A DNA stretch of 64,000 bases from an uncultured Rhodocyclaceae bacterium (GCA_907163075.1 CAJQTY010000003.1:50637-114636), one strand, 5' to 3'; shown: positions 18,525-28,073, counted from the first letter of the stretch. Translations and numbers: made by a program. The notes: generated by a model not told the origin, from the letters alone.

Positions 18525-19538
18525 ATGAACGATGCTCTTCCCGAATATCGCTATGGCTTTTCTGGCCACCGTTACCACGCCTATAACGACTGGGCCAGGC
18601 GCGAGTACGGCGGACGCCTGCAAAAGGTATCGATCGATGCCGGCTTCACCTGCCCCAACCGCGATGGTTTGCTCGGTGTCGGCGGCTGCACCTTTTGCAA
18701 CAACGAGGGCTTTTCGCCCAGCTACCTGCGCGAGCAGCGCGACATCCTCACCCAGATCGACACCGGCATCGAGTTCATGGCTCGCCGCTACCCGAGAACA
18801 AAGGGATACCTCGCCTACTTCCAGAGTTATTCCAACACCTACGACGATCTCGACGCGCTCAAGCGAACCTACGACATCGCGCTCGCCCATCCGAAAATCG
18901 AGGGCATCGTCATCGGCACCCGCCCCGACTGCCTACCCGACGAAACGCTCGACTATCTGGCCGAGCTGTCAACACGGCGGCTGGTCGAGCTGGAGATCGG
19001 CATCGAATCCTGCAACGACGAGGTGCTGCGCGAGTGCCTGCGCGGCCACGACTTCGCCTGTACACGCGATGCCATCGGGCGAGCCGCCGGGCGCGGCCTG
19101 TTCATCACCGGTCACCTGCTGCTCGGCCTGCCGCTGGAAACCCGGGACAGCCTGATCGACGGCGCCAGGGCGCTGGCCGGATTGCCGCTCGACGCCCTGA
19201 AATTCCACCAGTTGCAGATCGTGCGCGGCACGCGGCTGGCCAACCAGTATCGCGCCAACCCGGAAAGCGTTTGGCTGCTCGACCCGGAAACGTACCTGGA
19301 CGCCGTGATCGACATGCTCGAACACCTGCCGCCGTCGATCAAGATCCAGCGACTGGGCAGCGAGGTGCCGCCGAACGTGCTCGTTTCGCCCGACTGGGGG
19401 ATGCGCCTGCACAAATTCCCGGCCCTGCTCGAGGCCCGGCTGCAGGCCCGCGAAACCTGGCAGGGACGCCTGTTCGCGGGCGGCGACCCGAGCCGGCGGA
19501 AAATTGTCCGGCCGCCGCCCCCTCCGCCGGCCGCGTGA
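18525..19538 (+). CDS. TIGR01212-family radical SAM protein (YhcC-like)
   Basis: 337 aa. GGRLQKVSIDAGFTCPNRDGLLGVGGCTFCNNEGFSP is characteristic of the YhcC family. Pro-rich tail. Confidence 0.85.
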   Translation: MNDALPEYRYGFSGHRYHAYNDWARREYGGRLQKVSIDAGFTCPNRDGLLGVGGCTFCNNEGFSPSYLREQRDILTQIDTGIEFMARRYPRTKGYLAYFQSYSNTYDDLDALKRTYDIALAHPKIEGIVIGTRPDCLPDETLDYLAELSTRRLVELEIGIESCNDEVLRECLRGHDFACTRDAIGRAAGRGLFITGHLLLGLPLETRDSLIDGARALAGLPLDALKFHQLQIVRGTRLANQYRANPESVWLLDPETYLDAVIDMLEHLPPSIKIQRLGSEVPPNVLVSPDWGMRLHKFPALLEARLQARETWQGRLFAGGDPSRRKIVRPPPPPPAA

Positions 19539-19634
19539 CAACGCCTCTGCCCAGCGTGCCAAATGGCGCTCGAAATGCCGGCGAACAACGGTATCATAGG
19601 GGCGTTACCTCGTGTTTTATCGACAACCAACGCC

Positions 19635-20516
19635 ATGAAAAAAGCGCGCAGCAGGTATCACGTCCATGCCGAGATATTCAGAACGGGCAGCCCCGCGGCG
19701 GAGTTCGATGACGCCAAGGCCGGGCACCCCATGGAGCGGCGTCTGAATCGACTGGAGCACATAGTCTCCACGTATCGGGGCCACGTGGACCTGCGTTTTC
19801 AGAATGGCTTGCTGGTCACTTTCGAGACGGCTGATGCCGCACTGCTTGGCGCCTGCGAGATGCAGCATCGCTGCGCCGCGTTGCCGCAGATAGCGAAACA
19901 GCGGCTGGCCTTGCGCATCGGAGTGCGCCAGTACCTCGTTCGCCAGCGGGCGAACGACAGCCCGGACAACTCGCGCCAGATGACCGCCCAGATGGCGATC
20001 GTCGACGATGGCATCATCGCTTCGGAACAAGTCGTCGCCGAACTCAACTCCGATCTGCGCAAACTCACCCGCCTGCTCAACGAAACCCCGGCCGGTATCG
20101 CCGCGTACACGGTCGATTGGCGCTGCGAGATTCCATCGGCCGCATTCGGCGGCGAATCCTTCTGGCCGACCGCCATGAAATCCGTGCCCGAAGCGCCGTA
20201 CCTGCTCCTGCACCACGGTCTTAAAACGCTGGAAACGACGCAAGACAATCCGACGGTCACGGTCGGCCGCGACCCCTCGTGCGATCTGGTGCTGGCCGAC
20301 ATCGTCGTTTCCCGCAATCATTGCCGGATCGAAAGACGGCCGGACTGCATCGTGCTCACTGACACGAGCACCAATGGCACGTGCGTGACAACGGATGACG
20401 GCGTCGAGGTGCTGGTCAAGAATCGCTCGGCCGTGCTCACCGGCAAGGGCCTGCTCTTCTTCGGCCGGCCATTCAAGGGCGAACGCCGCGGCGGCGTGCG
20501 CTACGAGGCGTACTGA
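19635..20516 (+). CDS. FHA-domain protein with an N-terminal degenerate nucleotidyl-cyclase-like domain
   Basis: C-terminus TVGRDPSCDLVLADIVVSRNHCRIERRPDCIVLTDTSTNGTCV is an FHA domain. N-terminus YRGHVDLRFQNGLLVTFETADAALLGACEMQ...LRIGV resembles a class III cyclase core without the metal-binding Asp. Start is uncertain (19563, 19635 or 19731). Confidence 0.7.
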   Translation: MKKARSRYHVHAEIFRTGSPAAEFDDAKAGHPMERRLNRLEHIVSTYRGHVDLRFQNGLLVTFETADAALLGACEMQHRCAALPQIAKQRLALRIGVRQYLVRQRANDSPDNSRQMTAQMAIVDDGIIASEQVVAELNSDLRKLTRLLNETPAGIAAYTVDWRCEIPSAAFGGESFWPTAMKSVPEAPYLLLHHGLKTLETTQDNPTVTVGRDPSCDLVLADIVVSRNHCRIERRPDCIVLTDTSTNGTCVTTDDGVEVLVKNRSAVLTGKGLLFFGRPFKGERRGGVRYEAY

Positions 20517-20600
20517 AACGCTCTGTCTTCCGCTTCGCCAGAAATCGCAACGCCAAGACAGGTCTGCGGCACGGCAAAACCCAATTGCGCATTTACCCAG

Positions 20601-22121
20601 TTACATTACGGCGCCGACTTGCCAGGGCAGGAACTCGTCGTTGCCATAGCCGAGTTCCTCGCTGCGCACCTTCTCGCCGGAGGCATAGCGGATGATGGCG
20701 TCGAAAATACGCTGACTGATCACCGGCATCGGAACGCCGGTGATCAGGTCGCCGCAATTGACGTCCATATCGTCGCCCATGCGTTCGAACAGCGCGTTGT
20801 TGGTTGCCAGCTTGATGGTCGGCACGCCGGCGCAGCCGAACGCCGACCCGCGACCGGTGGTAAAGCAGATGATCTGCGCCCCGCCAGCCGCCTGGCCGGT
20901 GGCCGAGACCGGGTCGTAGCCCGGCGTGTCCATGTACACCAGGCCCTTGGCCTCGACTGGCTCGGCATAGAGATAGACGCCGTTGAGCGTGCTGGTGCCG
21001 CCCTTGGCGACGGCGCCGAGCGACTTCTCCAGGATCGTCGTCAACCCGCCCGCCTTGTTGCCGACCGAGGGGTTGTTGTTCATCTCGCCGCCGGTCCGCG
21101 TCGTGTAGTCCTTCCACCACTGGATGCGGTCGATCAGCTTGCGGGCGATTTCCGGGCTCGCGGCGCGGCGCGTGAGCAGGTGCTCGGCGCCGTAGATTTC
21201 CGGGGTTTCCGAGAGGATGGTCGTCGCCCCGTTGGCAATCAGCATGTCCGATGCCCCGCCCAGGGCCGGGTTGGCCGTGATCCCGGAATAGCCGTCGGAA
21301 CCGCCGCAATTCAGCCCGACGATGAGGTGACCGACCGGCACTTCGACCCGCTGGTAACTGTTGGCCTGCTCGAGCATGCCGGTGACCAGCGCGATGCCCT
21401 TTTTGATCGCCGCGGTGGTGCCGCCTTCGGCCTGCATCACCACCTGCTGCAGCATGCCGGGCTGGTGCGCGCCTATCCTTTCGACGAGCCCCGAGATCTG
21501 GTTCTGCTCGCAGCCGAGGCCGACGAACAGCACGCCGGCGAAATTCGGGTGTTTGGCGTAGCCGACCAGGGTGCGGCGCAGGATGTCCATGCCTTCGCCG
21601 GCGACGTTCAGGCCGCAACCGAGGGGATGCGGCAGGGCGATTACGCCGTCGATGTTCGGCCAGGCGGCCAGGCGCTCGGACGTGAAATGTCCGGCGATCG
21701 CGCGGGTGACGGTCGCCGAGCAGTTCACCGAGGCGATCACGGCGATGTAGTTGCGCGTACCGACCTTGCCGTTCGGACGCTTGTAGCCCATGAAGGTGGC
21801 CGGCTTGTCGACCGGCACCGACGCCCGCGCATCCAGGCCGATGCCGTAGTCGCGCTCGAACTCGCCCATGCCCAGGTTGTGCGCGTGGACGTGCTGTCCG
21901 GTGGCGATATCGGCCTGGGCAAAGCCGATGATCTGGTTGTAGCGGCGCACGGCGTCGCCGCTCTTGATGTCATGCGCCGCCATTTTGTGTCCGGGCGGAA
22001 TCAGCTCACGCACCGTGACATTTTCGGAGTCGATCAGGGTAGCGGGGATCAGTTGCTGGGTGGCGATCAGCACGTCGTCGTTGGCGTGCAGGCGGATCAC
22101 TGAGGATTGGGTCATTTTCAT
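20601..22121 (-). CDS. uxaA: UxaA/GarD-family sugar-acid dehydratase (altronate dehydratase by context)
   Basis: 506 aa. GHKMAAHDI, HVHAHN, GLNCGGSDGYSGITANPALG, NPSVGNKAGGLTTILEKSLG, FTTGRGS motifs. Domain layout looks GarD-like, so substrate is assigned by the uxaB neighbour. Confidence 0.8.
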   Translation of the reverse strand: MKMTQSSVIRLHANDDVLIATQQLIPATLIDSENVTVRELIPPGHKMAAHDIKSGDAVRRYNQIIGFAQADIATGQHVHAHNLGMGEFERDYGIGLDARASVPVDKPATFMGYKRPNGKVGTRNYIAVIASVNCSATVTRAIAGHFTSERLAAWPNIDGVIALPHPLGCGLNVAGEGMDILRRTLVGYAKHPNFAGVLFVGLGCEQNQISGLVERIGAHQPGMLQQVVMQAEGGTTAAIKKGIALVTGMLEQANSYQRVEVPVGHLIVGLNCGGSDGYSGITANPALGGASDMLIANGATTILSETPEIYGAEHLLTRRAASPEIARKLIDRIQWWKDYTTRTGGEMNNNPSVGNKAGGLTTILEKSLGAVAKGGTSTLNGVYLYAEPVEAKGLVYMDTPGYDPVSATGQAAGGAQIICFTTGRGSAFGCAGVPTIKLATNNALFERMGDDMDVNCGDLITGVPMPVISQRIFDAIIRYASGEKVRSEELGYGNDEFLPWQVGAVM

Positions 22122-22201
22122 CTGCTCCGTAGGCGCGCTCGCAAGGATTTGCGGCGCGCGACAAACTTTCAGGATAATACGATTGGACCAATCAGGCGCC
22201 C

Positions 22202-23710
22202 TTACAGTTCAGCCATCGCCGCCTTGACGCCCACCGCCTTGATGCGTACCAGCGCCGCAGCGGTCTGCCCGGCAAGGCCGGCCACCTGGGTCAGGTTTTC
22301 GCCCCACAGGCGCGTATCGGCGAGCAGGGTCGACGCCACCGTGTTCATGTCGGTAGCGCCCTGCCAGGCGGCGCTCAGGATGGCCAGCACGTCGGCGCTG
22401 TCGCGGATCGGATAGCTCTGTTCCTGGCGCCGGCCTGCGTATTCTCCGCCCTCGACAAAGCGGCCGTCGTAGAAGTTGAGCAACGCCGCCAGCGAGAAGG
22501 AAAGGCCGGTCGGCGCCTTGCCGTGCGCGGCGACGTAGTCCTTGACCGTGGGCAGGACGCGCACCTGCCACTTGGAAATGGAGTTCAGCGCAATCGAGAT
22601 CAGTTCATGGCGAATATGCGGGTTGGCAAAGCGTTCCATGATCGTTTCCGCATAGGCGCGGCGCTCGGCGTCGGGCAGCGGGACGAAGGGCACGATTTCC
22701 TCGAACATCACCGTGTTCAGATACTTCGCCACGACCGGATCGTCGGTCATCGACTTCACGGTATCGAGCCCGGCGCTGAAGGCGGCCAGGGCGCTGGCGG
22801 TGTGCGCGCCGTTGAGGATGCGCACCTTGCGCGTGCGGTAGGGTTGCAGATCGTTGGTCCACACTACGTCGAGCCCGGCCTTGTGCAGCGGGAACTCGTC
22901 GGCCAGCGCGCCGGTGAGTGCCGCCGGTCCTTCGATGACCCACAGGTGGAAAGGCTCGGCCGCTACGAGCAGTGAATCCTCGTAGCCGATCTGCGCGTAG
23001 AGCGCCTTGGCTTCGGTCGAAGGAAATCCCGGAACGATGCGGTCCACCAGCGTGTTGCAGAAGATATTGTGCTGTTGCACCCAGGCGCTGAATTCGGCCG
23101 GCAGTTTCCAGGCTTCGGCGTACTGCAGGACGTAGGCGCGCAGCTTGCTGCCGTTGGCTTCGATCAGTTCGCACGGCAGGAAGACCAGGCCGGATTGCGC
23201 CGTCCCGCCCAGCGCCGTAAAGCGGGCCAGGAGCAGCGCCGTGACCTTGGCCGGGAAATTCGCCGGACACTGGCCGTCGACCGGCGCCTCGTCAACGTAG
23301 GCGATGCCGGCCTCGGTGGTGTTGGAGATGACGAAACGCAGCGAGGGATCCTGCGCCGTCGTCAACATTTCACTCCACTGGGTGTACGGATCGAGGGCGT
23401 TCCTGACGCAGGTCACGACGCGGCTCGATTCGACCGCCACGCCGTTCTGCACGCCGCGCAGCAGGACGGTGTACAGGCCGTCCTGCTTGCTAAGCGCGTC
23501 GGCAATGCCGCGCGGTATCGGCTGGGCGATCGTGACTTCGCCGTTGAACAGGCCGGCGCCATTGGTGACGTCGATCATCCAGTCAGCAAAGGCGCGCAGG
23601 AAATTGCCGTCGCCAATCTGCAGGATGCGCACGGGCTTGAGACGGGAAGCGGCACTGGCTTCCACAGCGAACTTGCCTTCGGCAAGCGTCGATCGATTCA
23701 GAATGGGCAT
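22202..23710 (-). CDS. uxaB: tagaturonate reductase / altronate oxidoreductase
   Basis: 502 aa from ATG 23710 (GGAGA RBS). ILQIGDGNFLRAFADWMID, ISNTTEAGIAY, FCNTLVDRIVPGFP, ILNGAHTA are all shared with E. coli UxaB. Confidence 0.87.
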   Translation of the reverse strand: MPILNRSTLAEGKFAVEASAASRLKPVRILQIGDGNFLRAFADWMIDVTNGAGLFNGEVTIAQPIPRGIADALSKQDGLYTVLLRGVQNGVAVESSRVVTCVRNALDPYTQWSEMLTTAQDPSLRFVISNTTEAGIAYVDEAPVDGQCPANFPAKVTALLLARFTALGGTAQSGLVFLPCELIEANGSKLRAYVLQYAEAWKLPAEFSAWVQQHNIFCNTLVDRIVPGFPSTEAKALYAQIGYEDSLLVAAEPFHLWVIEGPAALTGALADEFPLHKAGLDVVWTNDLQPYRTRKVRILNGAHTASALAAFSAGLDTVKSMTDDPVVAKYLNTVMFEEIVPFVPLPDAERRAYAETIMERFANPHIRHELISIALNSISKWQVRVLPTVKDYVAAHGKAPTGLSFSLAALLNFYDGRFVEGGEYAGRRQEQSYPIRDSADVLAILSAAWQGATDMNTVASTLLADTRLWGENLTQVAGLAGQTAAALVRIKAVGVKAAMAEL

Positions 23711-23805
23711 GGCTTTTTCTCCAGTGGTGAGTACGGTGCGGCTTGGCGGCACCTGAGTATCCATCTTAAACCGGGCGAGTTGGCTGCACTCGCCCTGTCC
23801 GCGCA

Positions 23806-24819
23806 TCAGAACAGGCAAGTGACCTTCAGGTAGCGATCCGGATGCTCGGCGATGTCGGCGACCATCGCCGGGGTTTCGTCCATCGATACGGACTTGGTCA
23901 GCAACGCCGAGACATCGACCTTGCCCTCAGAGATCAGGCGCAGGCTTTCCGGGAACATCCCGACGCTGTTGCGCGAGCCGAATATCGACAGTTCCTTCTT
24001 GGTGAATAGCGAGGTCGGCATCGGGGTGTCGGCCTTCGAGTAGCCGACGAAGGAGATACGGCCGGCGTAGGCGACGTAGTCGATCGAGTTGCGCACGGCC
24101 CGGGCGTCGCCTGAGGCTTCGATCACGACTTCGGCCATGCGGCCGCCGGTGATTTCACGGATGCGGGCAACCGAATCCTCGCCGACGGGGTCGACGACAA
24201 ACGGTACGCCGAGGCTCCTGGCGCGTTCGAGGCGCTCCTTGACCGGATCGACGACGATCGGGATGGCGCCGATGATTAGCGCGTAAAGCGCGCACAGCAG
24301 GCCGATTTGTCCGCAGCCGGTAATTACCACGTGTTCTCCGGCGACCAACTTCGGCTGGCTGACGGCGTGCATGGAGATGACCAGCGGTTCGGCCAGCGGC
24401 AGAAGTTCCCACGGGATGTTCTCCGGCGCCTTGTGCACCAGGTGGCGCGGATGCGCGATGTATTCGGCCATGCCGCCGTCGATATGCACGCCGAGCACGG
24501 TCAGGTTCTCGCAGCAGTTGGTGTGGCCGATCGAGCACGGGTAGCAATGGCCGCAGTAGACGTAGGGTTCAAGGACGACGCGGTCGCCGGGCATCAGGTT
24601 GATTTCGTCCTCGGGGACTTCGACGACTTCGCCGGCGATCTCGTGGCCGATGATGCGCGGATAGCTGACCAGGGGATTGACGCCCTTGTAGGCGCCGATA
24701 TCCGATCCGCAGATCCCGGCGCTGCGCACCTTGATCAGGATCTGATCCTTGCCGCGCCGCGGAACGGGGATATCGGCCAGGGAGATGTCTCCCGGATTTT
24801 TCAAGCGGACTGATTTCAT
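23806..24819 (-). CDS. Zn-dependent medium-chain dehydrogenase, L-galactonate-5-dehydrogenase (LgoD/YjjN)-like
   Basis: 337 aa from ATG 24819. GICGSDIGAYKGVNPLVSYPRIIGHEIAGEVV and HTNCCENLTVLGVHIDGGMAEY resemble my recollection of E. coli LgoD (SYPRVLGHE..., RTNCCEKISVIGVHQDGGFSEY). Confidence 0.7.
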   Translation of the reverse strand: MKSVRLKNPGDISLADIPVPRRGKDQILIKVRSAGICGSDIGAYKGVNPLVSYPRIIGHEIAGEVVEVPEDEINLMPGDRVVLEPYVYCGHCYPCSIGHTNCCENLTVLGVHIDGGMAEYIAHPRHLVHKAPENIPWELLPLAEPLVISMHAVSQPKLVAGEHVVITGCGQIGLLCALYALIIGAIPIVVDPVKERLERARSLGVPFVVDPVGEDSVARIREITGGRMAEVVIEASGDARAVRNSIDYVAYAGRISFVGYSKADTPMPTSLFTKKELSIFGSRNSVGMFPESLRLISEGKVDVSALLTKSVSMDETPAMVADIAEHPDRYLKVTCLF

Positions 24820-24891
24820 GATTACTCCAATAAATGTCAAGGGCGACGCAGAGGCCAGGGCGCTCTGCAGCGCGAAAAAAAAACTACCGAA

Positions 24892-26175
24892 TCACATCGG
24901 CACCCAGTTCGCCAGCACCAGCGAGAGCGGCGGATAGAACGTGGTGACCATCAGGGTCACGCCGAGAGCGACATAGAACGGACCGATTTCCTTCATGTAT
25001 TCGTCCAATTTCACCCCGGTCAGGTTGCACGTCAAAAACATCGTTGTACCGAAGGGCGGCGTGATCGCCCCAATTGAAAGGTTAAAGATCATCATGATTC
25101 CGAAATGCACCGGATCGATCCCCAGCATCTTGACCGTCGGCATCAGCAGCGGCGTCAGGACGATGATCGCGGCGTTGCCGTCGAGGAACATGCCGACCAC
25201 GATCAGCAGCGCATTAACGATCAGCAGAAAGATCACCGGACTGGTCGACAGCCCCGTCAGCATGACCGTCACGTCCGACGCCACGCCTTCCCAGGTCAGC
25301 ACCCAGGCAAAGCCGGCCGAAGCCATCAGGATCAGCATGATTGAGCCATTGGCGCGCGCCGATTCGGCGAGCGCACTCTTGACGTCGGCCCACGTCGTTT
25401 CGCGATAGGCAAAGCCGACGATCAAGGCATAAATGCAGGTCACGGCGCCGGCCTCGGTCGGCGTAAAAACGCCATAGCGAATGCCGCCCAGAATCAGCAC
25501 CATCAGCATCAGTCCCCAGACTGCGCCCACCGAGGCCTTGCCGATTTCGCCCAGGCCGGCCATCCTGGAGCGTGTCGGCTTGTAGCCGCGCTTGCGCGCC
25601 ACCACATCGACCGCAACCATGAGCAGGATGGTGAGCAGAATCCCCGGCCCGAGCCCGCCCATGAACAGTTTGCCGATCGAGGTGTCGGAAACGAAACCGT
25701 AGATGATCAGCCCGATGCCTGGCGGCAGGATCGGCCCAAGCAGCGCCGATGCGGAAGTCAGGGCCGCGGCAAACGGCCGGCTGTAACCGGCGCGCGTCAT
25801 TTCCGGAACGAGCACCTTGCAGATCATTGCCGCGTCGGCCAGACCGGCGCCGGAAGGGCCGCCGATCAGCGCCCCGAGAACCACGTTGGTTTGCGCCAGA
25901 CCGCCGCGCATATGCCCGGACAGGGTATCGGCCAGTATCAACAGCCGTTTTGTGATGCCGGTGTAATTGAGGATCGAGCCGAGCATCATGAAGAACGGGA
26001 TGGCCAGCAGCGGCAGATTGTCGGCTCCGCCGACCATGCGCTGGATGACCATCACCGCCGACATATCCTGGGCCATGAAGAAATACGCGAAGGTCGCCGC
26101 ACAGATGGCGAAGGCCACCGGCACGTTGATGCCGAACAGCGCGAGCATCACCAGACTGGCAATCAGAACACTCAT
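24892..26175 (-). CDS. dctM: TRAP transporter large permease (DctM)
   Basis: 427 aa from ATG 26175 (AGGAG RBS). The ATGA overlaps the dctQ stop. Typical DctM hydrophobic profile. Confidence 0.9.
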   Translation of the reverse strand: MSVLIASLVMLALFGINVPVAFAICAATFAYFFMAQDMSAVMVIQRMVGGADNLPLLAIPFFMMLGSILNYTGITKRLLILADTLSGHMRGGLAQTNVVLGALIGGPSGAGLADAAMICKVLVPEMTRAGYSRPFAAALTSASALLGPILPPGIGLIIYGFVSDTSIGKLFMGGLGPGILLTILLMVAVDVVARKRGYKPTRSRMAGLGEIGKASVGAVWGLMLMVLILGGIRYGVFTPTEAGAVTCIYALIVGFAYRETTWADVKSALAESARANGSIMLILMASAGFAWVLTWEGVASDVTVMLTGLSTSPVIFLLIVNALLIVVGMFLDGNAAIIVLTPLLMPTVKMLGIDPVHFGIMMIFNLSIGAITPPFGTTMFLTCNLTGVKLDEYMKEIGPFYVALGVTLMVTTFYPPLSLVLANWVPM

Positions 26176-26690
26176 TGCTTTGACTCCTCTTGATCGTCGT
26201 CCAGCTCGGTGGTATTCCGCTTGCCGCGCAGGCTGTTCCAGAACATCCGGCCGTAGTACATCAGCATGAATGAACAGCACACCGGGATCGAGGCGTCGAT
26301 GTAGCTGTAGGGAATGCCGAGGATCGGCGTCAGCTTGGTATGTCCCTTGATGGACAAAAGAATGCCGAACCAGATGAGCAGGCAGAGCGTGATCAGGACG
26401 ATGACGTCACCGATGATGCTGATGATTCTCCGGCCCCTGGACGACATGCGGTTAACCAGCACGTCGATGCTGCAGTGACCTTCGACGTGAATCACTGCCG
26501 AAGCGCCGAGCATGGTCAGCCAGACGAAGGTGAACACCGTGACTTCTTCAACCCAGCCCCAGGGCTTGCCGACAACGTAGCGCATGAACACGTTCGCGCA
26601 CGCCAGCAGGATGATGAAACCCATTGCCGCCATACTCAGGAAGTTGTCGAGCTTCCTGATCAGGTCATAAAATTTTCGCAATATTCGCAT
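26172..26690 (-). CDS. dctQ: TRAP transporter small permease (DctQ)
   Basis: 172 aa, four TM segments, sits between dctP and dctM. Confidence 0.85.
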   Translation of the reverse strand: MRILRKFYDLIRKLDNFLSMAAMGFIILLACANVFMRYVVGKPWGWVEEVTVFTFVWLTMLGASAVIHVEGHCSIDVLVNRMSSRGRRIISIIGDVIVLITLCLLIWFGILLSIKGHTKLTPILGIPYSYIDASIPVCCSFMLMYYGRMFWNSLRGKRNTTELDDDQEESKQ

Positions 26691-26796
26691 AAACTGAATT
26701 CCCGGTTATCGGCGTGAAGAAACCCCGGCACCGCCCGGACGAGGAAGCACCACACCGAAATGCAAAGTGAAAATAAACAGTGTCGCTGCATCGAAA

Positions 26797-26820
26797 CGCC
26801 GGCCCGAATCCGAGCCGGCG
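26797..26820 (-). other. intra-operon GC-rich stem-loop between dctP and dctQ
   Basis: CGCCGGC-N10-GCCGGCG hairpin 14 nt after the dctP stop, with only a weak T tract. Possible mRNA-stabilising or attenuating structure. Confidence 0.3.
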
Positions 26821-26833
26821 CTTCACTACCCGG

Positions 26834-27835
26834 TCACTTATGCCCGATGATCGAATACACCTTGTTCATCGTTTCGGGCGGGAACTCCTTGCTGAAGAAG
26901 CGGGACGGGAAGTCCTTCATCACCGTCTTGAACGCCGCGCGATCGACCTCGACGACTTTCACACCCGCCGCTTCCATCTTCTTGACGGCTTCCTTGTCGG
27001 CGACTTCATTCTCCTTGTCGAGATAGCGGCCGGCTTCCTCGCCCGTTTCCCTGAGCATCTTCACGATCTCGGGCGGCAGCTTGGCGATGAAGCTGGTTCC
27101 GGCGATCCAGGAAGAAAGGTTGATCTGGTGGCGGGTCAGGAGCAGGAACTTGGCGCCTTCAAACATCTTGCCGCCGTACAGCACCGGGATCGGATTCTCG
27201 GCCCCGTTGATGACACCCTGCATCAGCGCCGGATAGGCTTCAGCCAGCGGCATCGGGGTTGCCGTCGCGCCCATCGCATTCATCATTTCGTTGGACAGGC
27301 GGATGTTCGGAACGCGTATCTTCAAGCCTTTCAGATCCTCGGGCTTGACGGCGGCCTTGGTCGCCAGCATGTTGCGAACGCCGTAGATCCACTTGCTGTG
27401 AACGATGTACAGGCCCTTCGTCTCCAGTTTCCTGGACAGATCCTTGAACAGATCGCTATCGACCAGCTTGAAGAGTTCATCCTTGCTGTCGAACAGGTAA
27501 GGCAGGTAGGTAATGCCAAATTCGGGCACGTAATCCATCAGGAACCCGCCGTCCGAAATGGTGATCACGTTGGAGCCGATCGTCAACTGCTCGGTCACGT
27601 CCTTCTGCGAACCCAGCATCGAACTCGGAAAATACTGGAATTCGACCTGGCCGCCACTGCGCTCCTTCATCAGCCTGCCCCACTCGCGCACGGCCTTGTC
27701 ATTAGGCTCGCCGACATTGTTCCCGTAGGCTATCTTGATCTTGATTTGGTCGGCCGCCAGCGCACTGCCCGCCGCCACGCACATCGCTACGCCCATGGCG
27801 CAAACCATCAACTTCCTGCCAAATCCCAAAAGCAT
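26834..27835 (-). CDS. dctP: TRAP transporter substrate-binding protein (DctP family)
   Basis: 333 aa from ATG 27835. Signal peptide MLLGFGRKLMVCAMGVAMCVAAGSALA, then a DctP fold (SSMLGSQKDVTEQL...). Confidence 0.9.
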   Translation of the reverse strand: MLLGFGRKLMVCAMGVAMCVAAGSALAADQIKIKIAYGNNVGEPNDKAVREWGRLMKERSGGQVEFQYFPSSMLGSQKDVTEQLTIGSNVITISDGGFLMDYVPEFGITYLPYLFDSKDELFKLVDSDLFKDLSRKLETKGLYIVHSKWIYGVRNMLATKAAVKPEDLKGLKIRVPNIRLSNEMMNAMGATATPMPLAEAYPALMQGVINGAENPIPVLYGGKMFEGAKFLLLTRHQINLSSWIAGTSFIAKLPPEIVKMLRETGEEAGRYLDKENEVADKEAVKKMEAAGVKVVEVDRAAFKTVMKDFPSRFFSKEFPPETMNKVYSIIGHK

Positions 27836-27936
27836 ACTGTTACCCCTCTCCGTGTTGTTTAACTGGCGGCCTGGTGCTGACCGCGCCCTGTGAGGTGCTT
27901 CCGCAGTGGCGGCTCCTGTCCTCGTAGAGTAGGTTA

Positions 27937-27951
27937 GCAAACCCCGTGCCA
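27937..27951 (-). promoter_or_regulatory. sigma54 (-24/-12) promoter of the dctP operon
   Basis: Minus strand TTGGCACGGGGTTTGCT matches YTGGCACGR-N3-TTGCW with correct GG-N10-GC spacing. About 100 nt upstream of the dctP ATG. Confidence 0.78.
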
Positions 27952-27992
27952 ACGATAAGTCACTGTTTTTATTGAGGCGGTAAAATCGTTTG

Positions 27993-28006
27993 TTTCAATA
28001 TTGAAA
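27993..28006. promoter_or_regulatory. perfect 14-bp palindrome in an AT-rich tract; candidate activator (UAS) site
   Basis: TTTCAATATTGAAA lies between the sigma54 promoter and the divergent activator gene. A second ATTGAAAT copy is at 28023-28030. Confidence 0.4.
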
Positions 28007-28073
28007 TGTCTGTAATTACATTATTGAAATTTTTTGCTACAGTTACCGAGTCCGGTCCACCGACAAGGCCCAC

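Noticed and set aside
24840-24891. GCGCT-ctgc-AGCGC hairpin next to an A9 run as a terminator between dctM and the dehydrogenase gene
   Set aside because: On the transcribed (minus) strand the T-run precedes the hairpin rather than following it, so it does not have intrinsic terminator geometry.
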